From Balanoglossus misakiensis (Eukaryota; Animalia; Hemichordata): a stretch of 64,000 bases of DNA. The stretch lies in assembly GCA_040954595.2 (NCBI GenBank), contig CM082591.2, positions 2,021,745-2,085,744 of the forward strand, written 5' to 3'. The translations under genes were made by a program, and so were the position numbers. The notes below the pieces were generated by a model. It had not been told where the DNA came from, made no database searches, and saw only the letters and a program-made list of their open reading frames with translations. This document shows, piece after piece, positions 24,401 to 35,500 of this stretch (position 1 is its first letter; each line of letters opens with the position of its first letter).

Positions 24401-27400
24401 TAGGTATCCAGATCAAATCCTATGAAATATGATTGTATTTTAATTAAGACCGTAATCATTATCAGTGTGTCACGAAGTGACCGATCCTTCTCGGTTTATA
24501 CAACTATAAATGATTATGACATATTGTTACTTTAATCCTCGCAAGACTTTTCCGCCATTTTAGTCGTGGGAAACTTTGCTATGAGTTTGATACTGTCGAT
24601 CCTGCAGCTGGTTAACAATGAAGGATGTATGCAAATGAGGAAAGGATAAACAGTATCATATTACCTTTGTAAGGAAACCTCATTGCATGTTTTATGAGAC
24701 GCTCATGCAATAAATTTGAATATTCTATTCATGAAACGAAATTGGATCCCTCCGTAGTAATAAAATTGGACACCTGAAGGAACGCTGATGTTTTTTGTCC
24801 GCAATATTGCCGACACTGACGTAAAAGCCTGACTTATATTGCCAGTTCCGTTTGGCGTGATGGCCGTGTTTTATTGGTTATTTTTTCGGAAACCACAGAG
24901 ACCAACGTGAAACTAGATTGATTTCTTGTCAAAGTTGGCGTTTTCGGTGGTGTTCAGAATAGGAAGTATCCTTTGAATAGTTTATTGTCTGAGAGGTCGC
25001 GACCCGTCGCACGCGGATCTCCTTGTAGCTGTGCCTCGTTAAAAAGATACGTCTTGCAAACACAGCACGCGTTATCCTTTCAATCTTTCTGGGACATTCG
25101 ACGACTTCTGATCAATCTGATTTTACTGATTAATGACTCAGTGTTATTACATCCCACGAAGCTGGTAGTTTTTACCGAGGAAATGGTCAATTTTGTTAAA
25201 AGCGAGATATAGTCTAAAAGACCTCTGTCGCGAAATAATGTCGTCCCTTACTTTTTTTAATTTTAATATCATTTAAAATATGCGTTTTTCCTTTTTTCTG
25301 GATAGAGATTCTTTCAAGGTGATATGCTGTAGTAGATAAAATTTAATTATATTAATCGAATTCGCTTTTTATTAGAGGGATAAAATTGTTTTCTTCAGTT
25401 CAGAACTACACCTAGGAATTTCCTCCAGGCGTTTCCCGCCGACAAAGGCGCCATTTGTCGTGACACGACGCGGGTATGGATCGCCTGTAAAAGACGTAGG
25501 ATCAGAGATGTTAAACTCGACGTTTACGTCACATAATTTTATTTTTAATTTGAAGAGAACCCCCGACTTTTCCTAGTATCTTCCGAGATTTGTGAGATCG
25601 TAGCGTGCATTGATGTCGATCACCATAAAAGATAACATAAACGCGTTCTATTGCTGTGACTTGGTGCCCCCATAACAGTATGAATTTTGTTGACGAAAAG
25701 TGCCGAAGATGACACCGACGGTGCACGATGACCGCCGAGGGAATTTCAATTCAACCGCAGGCGTATTCCTGTTATGCCGTTACAACGTAGATCAAGGTGA
25801 CGAATTTAATGGCGTCATAAAACCGACTTTAAAAATCGTAGGGTGCAGGATTTGAAATTTTTTTGCTTGCTGTCATTAAATTCGGTCCTGTTCGTGACGA
25901 GAATTCTATATCGGGAGGCTGCCTCGTTCTGGCTTACTGTTCACGCGGTATAAACGGTGTTGTCAGAATGTTGCGATTTTTCTGTCACGCGCGTTGGTGG
26001 CTTTTGCGCATGACAATAGTCGACTTAATATCACTGCAGTTTTGTATTGGACTGCCAATCGGTAGCAGTCGTGTGGGAAAGACTGACGCATAGACACGAC
26101 CAAGCTCGTAGGTGGATTTAGAAATCACCCGTTGACGATCACTTCGAGTAGCTTCATGCTCACGTAGCGCACGAAGAGCTTATGTTCCCGGGAAAGTTCA
26201 GAACAATGGATCTCAGGTATCTGACTTAAGTTCATTTTTATTCGGGCATCATGGTATCTGCGAATCGGATCATCGAATATGAGAGATCGTTTATCGACTT
26301 CGCGATTTACCTAAAAGTGTTTTATATCTTTACTTTTGCCTACATTTTTGTAGTTGTATTTGGTTCGCCACAAAGTTCAGAACGATTGCTCTCGATACCA
26401 GACAGAAATTTCGATCATTATTTTTCATTTTGGTACATTATTTTGTGTACTTTGGGTCTGTGAAGAATTACTATGGGGACGCTGTGATCCAAGCAAGACT
26501 GATAGTATAAATATGGATCGGTGGCCTAAATGAGCTACACAATTTTGCGTTTCGATGCTAAATCTTGAACTCACTACTTTTGTATATGGTTCATGGATTG
26601 CTTACATGCGACCAAACTGCGAACCTGAACAGTATTTCTTACACTGTAAAGTGTTACAATTCGTGCTATCACGACCTAGAAGTGCAAAAAATGATTGGTT
26701 GGGAACGATATACATCGTTCATGCAAGAAATGTCACCTCGCCAACGACTTAATCAATATATCCACGTTCTTTCCAAATCCATACAAGTGAATTGAATCGA
26801 TATATCGAATGCATGAATTTGCACTTTATTTTGGTTTAGCCCGTATGCTATGCCTAGAGAACATTGGTTTAGTTGCAGTTTTCAGTTACCAATGTATGAA
26901 TTGTTTGTTTGGACGCCGGATAAAGGATGTCTTATCAATTGATGAGTTGATAGTATCCTTGAATGTAAGGTAGAAAGTAGGAAAAAGAAAGTGATACACT
27001 AAGATTAAGACTAAACCACGTAGGTAAGATCAGTGTTTAACTACTTCCTGTGTACAGTGAGTTCTTGGGCGCTATGTGCGTAGAAGGATTGGATACATCC
27101 GCCGGGTGTAATCTGAGTTTATAACGCTGAAGTGAACGAAATGATCCCGGTCTCTCTCTGGGGGTGCCGAAGATCTCTCTAGGGGGTGGGCGGAGATTTG
27201 GACCTCACTGCTGAAAAACACTGATGAAAAAGCCATTTCCGGACGTGGAAACAATTGGGCACTCTGACGTGTGGCTGTTGAAAATGGCGGTATGCAAATA
27301 TGGCGTATGTTCGCGCGCTACACTCTGGCGTCGTTTGGGTGCCCGGCACTTTTTTTCAGAATGCGTGTGGCGCATCCAATGTTGATTGAACTGCGTGAAT

Positions 27401-29501
27401 ATTACTTAGTCCTGACAAATGTGACTGCACGAAGAATGCCCAGGCAAGGGTTTTATCTAGTAGTTGTACCCCTGGAGTGGAACTGTTTTTAATCAGAGGA
27501 GTAATATATATGGTATTTATGACATTCCGGGAGACCAGGATTTTATAAAAAAACATTCGCGATACTGTATTAGAAGCTATTCATATTTTCAGCACACAGG
27601 TGGATTTTTGTTGGCGATTCGCGTTTTCAAATGTTCACAGAGACAGGTGAACTAAAAAAAAATTCCACCATTTTCTGAAAAAAGGCAATTTGTGCTGTTC
27701 AGCAGTCAAAAGGCAAACTATGTGGGCGTTCCCTATTGCTACTCGGTTGGGTCAACTGTCACTTGGTGAATCCCCCTTCCGGCTGCTCTTCCCAAGATGC
27801 TAAGCGACAGAAGCCATCATCGTTTGCGCTCCACATCCGCGTCGCTCACCTCCGGGTATGTACGTACTGCAGGTCCATCAATCAATTGTGAGATGTAGGG
27901 TGCATCTTACGCCGGCGGCTATTGGTCCACGGTGACCCCAGCCTGACCTTTCGTTAACCGCGTCCTCAAAATAGAGAGGAGAGGCAACCGAAGACATGGA
28001 TGTGTAATTAATCTTCTCGTCAGCGTTGGAATCGTGTCATTAGAAGGGATATGACCGACCTTGAGGTGGCAAGATAGCTATACGAATTTTCCGTGCCTTT
28101 GTCTTCTAAAGAACTCAAAGCCATGCTAAACATGGATGTGGGCTGAACATGCGCACAACTGGCGTCTTTTCAGCGTAGGAGTTTTAAAATTAAGATGCAA
28201 CAAGCTACGTAATAATTTGATTACTTTTATGAAAATTAGCTTGCGAATTAATTACAGAATTGCAATGTTTTATAAGTCTTCATGAAAATTAGCTTGCGAA
28301 TTATTGATTAAATTGTCACTTTTTAAAATGTACATTTAAGTGAATGTTGAAAATTCTCATATTTGTCCTTGTGCTACATATTCACGAACTAACTTTAGTC
28401 ATGAATCTAGTTTGCTATATTCTGTCACGCTGAATTAATATGCGAAACATGCTTATTAAAAAATAATTTCTTGAAAATACAAACTTATCAACCTCCGCGC
28501 GTTTTCTGAAAATATACATTAATATACAGTCGATGAGTAACTTAATAACTCAAAAAAACTTCAAAACAAACTCTAATGAAAAATAGATAAGACCCGTACG
28601 TACCAATCTCAGAAACGTATACATATCAATTTCAATTAAGTAATGGAAAACGGTAGGTGGTTTCTTGTGAAAAAGGAAGTACTATGATTATATTTAATAT
28701 TTTCTGGTTGTGTAACTCTCGCCCACGCATTATGGTCAGCGGAAAATAACCAGACGTCACAGTTCTAAACTAAGAAATATTCATGTTAGAACGATAAGTT
28801 TATTAATTAGATTTTTCAATCGTGACTGAACTAGCTCCATCTGTTGCAAACGCACATGTCGCCACTGACAGGTGGAAGACATCTGTTTCGGGCGATATAT
28901 AACTACCCGTCAATCGTGTCGAAATGAAATTAAACCAGTTTTGACTTGCTGTAAGCAAATTCCTGACATTTTAGTTCGTGAATTAATCGAATTAGACGGG
29001 AAGATAAGCAAACCCCGTCTTCAATGATAAGATAATATCTAATACCAATTAGTTCACTTTGTCTTATCAATTGAATTAAATCCTGATTGGCACTTCCTGA
29101 TAACAATCCGAAACGTTCCCTTCCAGACTGATTTTTCAAAGACACGATGAAGTTTAGACTGTGAGAGAGAATCGAATTTGTTATTGATGCACCTTAAAAT
29201 CCACTTAAATTGCAATCAATCCAAACTTGATGCGAGATTTATCACTCAATAATTCACAAGAAGGTGGATTCAAATGTGCCAACAAGTGGTACCTTATTTC
29301 AGAAGTGTCGTCAAAGGGTACACATTCTGTGTCAACAACTGGTACTCCCTTTATAGACACAACTCAGTCCTGAACTCAGATTGGAACTATTTCAGTTTGA
29401 ATGTACATTTATATGTTTAGTTTTATGCATCAAACGTTGGCCATTATGTCTCACAAGGCATTCTACCTTCTTTTTTACACCGCAGGTCTTGTAATTTAAA
29501 C

Positions 29502-32500
29502 ATGAATAAGTCACTCATCGTGGCAGTTGTAGTGATAGTCCTGGTTGCCGTCAAACAGAGCTATGGAACACCAATGTAAGTAGTATTCCTAATTCTCACA
29601 CTCGATAAATGTTTGATGTCGAGTATATTTGTTTGCAGGAATAAGAAACACTACTGGATTTCAGCGACATTTTCCGTTTAAAAGCAAAATCATCTATTAC
29701 ATGGTTTCAGGAACTCTTTACTCGTCATGTACTTCTAAACTGCCTTGCCATTGGTTTACAAAGAAAGCTTTTTTTGCAGGAAAAGATCAATCCAATCACT
29801 TAACACCGCACATCAGTCTGGGGCTGTTACTATGGTTACGTTTTGTCAGAGATGAGCATGATAATAAGAGAAAATGCATGATTTGTGGTTTCAGATAACG
29901 AATTATATTCTTCCGCCTAATGTACCGTTTTCTTACAATAGGAAGTACGGAGATATATTTGACATCTTTATCATTCATCAAGTTTTATAAATGACCATGA
30001 TTTATTTCACTTTTAGATAATCAGCACTTATCTATCTGCACCTTCTTGCTAACTCGCAAACTTCAATACACGTGGGCTTCTCTTTATATACACCCACTCC
30101 CATGTAATAAGCTAATTGAAATGCATAACGGCAATCATGTACATGTATTATAATTATGCCAGATGGATCATGTTACAAACTGTCACCATGACATTTGCAT
30201 GGTATTCTTTACGCTAGTATCTATTTCACTTGAAGTAGAATATCGCATGGTAAACATTGTAGACAAACTATAGATATGTGTAATTTAAAGAAAATCAGTT
30301 TGCCTTGTCTTTATTTTATATGATGTAGCAGTAACACACTGCACCACGAATTCTCTCTTCAGATGCACTGAAAACCACTCACAGAATGGTGACCACAGCA
30401 TGGCCCTAAAAGCACCACTATCATTTTTCTCCTTTGGTCGTGGGTGTGCTCATTGAGCATGCGCTAAAATGCACCATGTCCTAATATGGTCAATAGACAT
30501 CACACCGCGCATGCGTTTGAATACATAGTGCTGAGTATTTCCCTAATATGGTCATGCATAAACAGAGAGAAGCGAACTAACGTGGCTGACGCTTCTATGG
30601 CTGCAATGCTTCGTAGAGAACACGCAAGAATGAAACAAGAGGCGTGGCGTAAATGGCTTCAGCAGCTTGGGCAGCGTAGTGATGTTGTGTAAGTAGTCTT
30701 CGAGAGGTCTAAACCAAGGCAAGACAAGATTAAAGATGATATGTCTTCAAAATGACCACAACAGATCTATTAACACAGCTTAAAAACTACACCCGGGACA
30801 AAAATAAAATCCCAATTTTTGTCCATTTTGACCAACCATCTGAATCTGGCTTGTCTTGGCTTCTTCCCGCTTGCTGTCACGTGGCTCGCACGAAAAAATG
30901 CACGCGCATAGGTAGTTTTTGCAGACGACCAAAAGTGAGTGAAATTCATAGTGGCCATCGTTGTTGTGTGTTGACAGAAATAAGAAAAACGTTGCAGATG
31001 CATACTTGTCGTCTCTGATGAGACGAGAAAGCGTGAAAGCTAAAAGGGAGGCGCTCAGAAGATACATACAAAAGTTAATTCATCGTCAACAGATCGGGCA
31101 TGCGCAGAAGAGCGGTACCCAGTAAGTCACAAATCTCGAACCCTGCAAAGTTCACAAATGATCGTTTAACGATGTGTTTTTACGACGTATAAAACGCTAC
31201 TGAAAACATAATTTGGCAAGGAAGGTTGCATTTCGCGGTCACAAATTTAAGAAAGAGCAGCAGGCATCTTCTGTAGAATAGAACATTAATAACTACCGTC
31301 AGTTGAAATCCCTTCCAAGCCATAAGTACTCGTGAATTTTAATTACACTATCATGAATTTGGAACAAATTTTACGGTCGTAAAGTGCAGGGTTATGGGCA
31401 CTGTTACCACCACTATAAGCATTGCATACTGCATGTGGCGGACGTCAGCAGTTTTCGTGTACTCTTTGATGACGTAGACATTCCATGTCAAGCTCAACTG
31501 TCTGTTTCATTATTGTGGCCATCCCTTCGCTTTGACCAAGAAAGATAGGAACATTCAGACCATTTGTCCGTCGCTATTACACGCTCCCTGCGTTCCTGTA
31601 GCTGACCGTATACACCTAGGCGTGCCAATCTATATTATGTATTGATTGTTTTAACGTTTTGCCTCATCACCTTGACAGAGAAAACGCGGGAAAAAATTAT
31701 ATTCAAAACAGTTTCAATCTTAATACAATCTAGTCACATAATGTAATTTCATCTGAGATAAAAATGGTTAAATTTTCTCGACAGATACAACTTCCTAAAA
31801 ACAGACCCCTCCGATTTATTTTCACAGAAGCAAACGCAATGTAGCAGACGCGGCAATGTCTTCATTTTTACAAAACGAAAATAGCAAGCTTCAAACTGCA
31901 CATTTCAGAAGATGGTTACAACATTATATAGCGCAAAATGGCAAAGGGGTTGATAGGTCAACCCGGTCTGTGTAAGTAAAAAAAATAACAGCGATATTCG
32001 TACTCGGCAGTTCATCTTGCTCCGGGTCTTTCCTGTCCACTTACTTAAGATTAACTTCCTATATGTCTTGTCTGTCTACTAACCACTTTTCTGTCCTCTT
32101 GTAAGGATCAAACACATCTGACTGTCCCCTACCTTCGCACATGCGCATCACACCCTCACCCTACTCTTCTTGTGCGCCATATTGAGGCGAACGTGACGTC
32201 ACATAAATTAATTATCCAAGGAACCAATGACACACATGCAAACAAGCATGGCGTCAAACAATCCAAACATGGCGTCACAAACATTAATAATTCCACTTTC
32301 AGTTTCTCCAGGAGATGAAGCAAGAATCAACCATAGAAGCTATCGTCCGCACCAGCAGTTTTTGTGTTCCTCTTTTCAAAAAGCTTTTCCACGATATATT
32401 TCTGCTGTTACAGCAAGTCCAACATCACATTATAAAAATAGTTTCATTATTTAAAATTATATTAGACTTCCGCAATTGCTAAGATTCTAGGCTTCTTGAA

Positions 32501-35500
32501 TAATTCTCGAATTACTTCATTAATGTAAATCATCCCACAGAACCAAGCGAGTTCAATCGGAAGCCCTGATGTCGCAAAAAATGCACGATATGTTAACACA
32601 GATGCGGAGACAGGTCCTTCGAAAGTTTGTTAAAAAATTACAAACCCGGTACGGCGATATGAATCAATATCCCCCGTAAGTAAGTAGTGTGCATGCGCAG
32701 ACGGAATGCGTCGTTTTTTCTCATGCCCGTACTGAAAACATTGCCTGGATTACTTGAGCATGTTTGCATGCGTTAGTTACAAATGATTATCAACACTACA
32801 GGTCTAATTCTGAATAAGCAAGAAAGTTAAAAACCCTAATATCGACGACTGAGGTATCCTAACGCACACTTCCTGTGTATCTTCTATAAGTTTATCGCAC
32901 CGTTGCCCTTTAACTCTAAATGTCTTTGATTTATTGAAATAGCTACTGTTTTCGGTTTCCATTTTTAGTTTCTATTAAAAGCTGTAACTCATCAAGTCAG
33001 CACTTTCAAATGTATTCGATTATCATTATCACTCTAACATCAACTCCACGTAACGTTTTAAATCTCCAGAGGATTTATTGACTTTTTAAATTCTATCGGC
33101 CTTGATTTTCCAAGTAACCATAGAAACGAAGAAAGTGTGGATGAAAATAACTATGTAGAGTAAGTAGTCATGGCAATGTTATAATAGAAATTATTTCGAT
33201 ACCTGAAACTTCTGATAAATTTTCAATATTTTTGTCGGCAAAAGTCACACTCCCTACTTTAGTTTGTCTGTACGACATCACTTACATTTTAGGCACACTA
33301 AATTTACACAACTTTTGTATTCGAAATGTGGCTTGGCTTGATAATACCTATAGACAGTGCGTAAAAAATAGTATTCTATCTTTGTTCCTCTAGAAACTTA
33401 AATAGACTAAATATGTAATAGCGAATCAACTTTAGCGTTAAACATCACAAATTATGCTCGGGTTACTTTCTGTTTGTAAACATTTGTTTGACACACGCAT
33501 GCGCAAATAACATACTTTTCTATGTTACACCACAAATCACGTGTTCATGGACCCACTTCACGTACAGTTATTTACTTCTTTATAGGAATGCGACTGCCGT
33601 TGGTTGACACAAAACACAAATTGTTACCACGGACAGATGGTCGACTGATGATATGCAAATACCATGTATTGCCTTGGTTCAGAAGTTCACTATTAACACT
33701 TACTTCTCTTCTTTCATATGCACTGACGTCACGAATACCCATGATTCTTAGCGGGTTACATTGACAGGCCTAATACATGTTGATAGTTTACATGTATTTA
33801 TACACATTATACTTGAAACATGAAACTTTAAAATCTGCTTTGCCTTTAATGGCAATGAAAATGTTTATTGACTTTAAATATGACAATTAATAAATTATAA
33901 GTAAATTTAGTCACCTTCAGCAGTGGTTTCATATGAATATTATTTCGTCTAATTATATGTCAATATACATATCCCCAGAGAGAATCATGGGTATTGTGAC
34001 TTAATTATTAGAGCATATACTGAGTGCTATTTCACATATGCCACTTCCAGTATTTTCTTCGAGGTGGGTGTGGTTACTATGGTTACAGGTCAGTCGATAA
34101 GGGGGCTGTTTTAACTTCAGTTTCCTGGTTTAATCCATGAAGCCTGATGAAAGATATTTTAAAATTGTGAAACATAGTTTTATATTATTTGAATGTAGTT
34201 GATTAACACGATTGCCTCGGTGGCATGGAGAAAATAAATACCCCAAAACATCAAATTTCGAGTTTTCTGATTCAGTCTGACGCCTACCGTGACACCCACC
34301 TCTAACTCTTCACACTGCATTTGCAGTACAGTCGACAGAGATTTACATGTTCTTTCTGAGTAATTCTACCTGTCTCTATCTCCTTTTCTTCCTTGGTGTC
34401 TCACATGATGAGATTCTTCGCAGTAACTGTCTTTCCCGGGACAGTTGATGAGTGCATTCTTACATCATTAACACCTGTCTACACATAAAATGCAAATTCT
34501 CCTGATGTTCTACTCTTATTTGCATATCACCTCACAATCTCCGTCACTTCTCAGTGCTGTTACTAGTATACCCGTTGGTTTATCGCATCATCTTCAAGCT
34601 TACATTTCCTCGTGTATAATGACACTTACTTTGACCACACTTGTGGAGAAACACACACCTTTCTCTCATGCGATTCTTATATACATTGGCCATGGTAATA
34701 CTAGACAATGTTTTGCTGTCCACAACATTAGGGCAGTAGACCTATCAACACTTTAAAAAGAATTAAGGCATTAACTTAGAGGCACACATTTCTGTCTATA
34801 CTATCATACACTTCTTGCATTTATCATTAGTTTTTGTTCGTCACAGGGAGAAAAGAACAATGGCGGACGCCCTTAACTCACAAATCATGTCACAAGGAGC
34901 GTCCAATCTAAGGGGGCAGGCTTTCATGAAATTATTGCAGAACCTACGAAAACAATATGGCGACTTGACTGTCAGAGCCCCGCAGTAAGTGTCGATTCAA
35001 GTATTCTGTCGTGTGAGAAAGAGTGATGGCCAGGCGACAGCGTGGAATCAATCGTAGAAGCCCCTGACGTATCTCAATTTTGTCTCCAAGTGTTAATGTT
35101 TACAGATCACACGAATCTTCTTACTATGCTCTTTTGACATTTTACAATCACGATTATGCCGTAGGTTTGTCTGGCAGATGTTAAAATAGCTCCTGGTCCT
35201 GTCCACCATCAGAAAATAAACTAAGACACCGTGACGCTTGTGGACCAGCGGCTATTGTTTGAGAAATTCATCAAACCCATCTGGTCAGTTGATTTGAATG
35301 GCGCATTAAACAATTTACATTGAAGAAAGGCGAGCTCCTCGTTTAAAAAGGGAGAATGTAACTGATGGGGAATTCAGTTAAATTTGCCAATTGGTATTAT
35401 ATTTATAATAAACATCCTGAATGCGGTAACTGTTCTAGATAACCGCGAAGATTATGGGGTAACCTTGACTGAAAGATCAAGACTTCTTGATTAAGATAAG

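Noticed and set aside
28229-28303. Duplicated atgaaaattagcttgcgaatta (two copies); similar 30-bp duplication at ~38620-38685
   Set aside because: Simple local tandem duplications with two copies only; not a CRISPR array or a functional repeat.
6436-29145. Dozens of 60-150 aa ORFs in the supplied track
   Set aside because: Many start at non-ATG codons; none shows a recognisable domain or consistent splice-phase partners. Consistent with chance ORFs in eukaryotic intergenic DNA.
30363-30445. Possible extra prohormone exon after a pyrimidine-rich AG acceptor
   Set aside because: No dibasic site or ADA-like motif and no GTAAGT-type donor, unlike the seven peptide exons.
32227-32454. ORF MTHMQTSMASNNPNMASQ... 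inside the prohormone gene
   Set aside because: Intronic; the phase-2 reading from the nearby AG hits an immediate stop, and there is no homology to the peptide exons.
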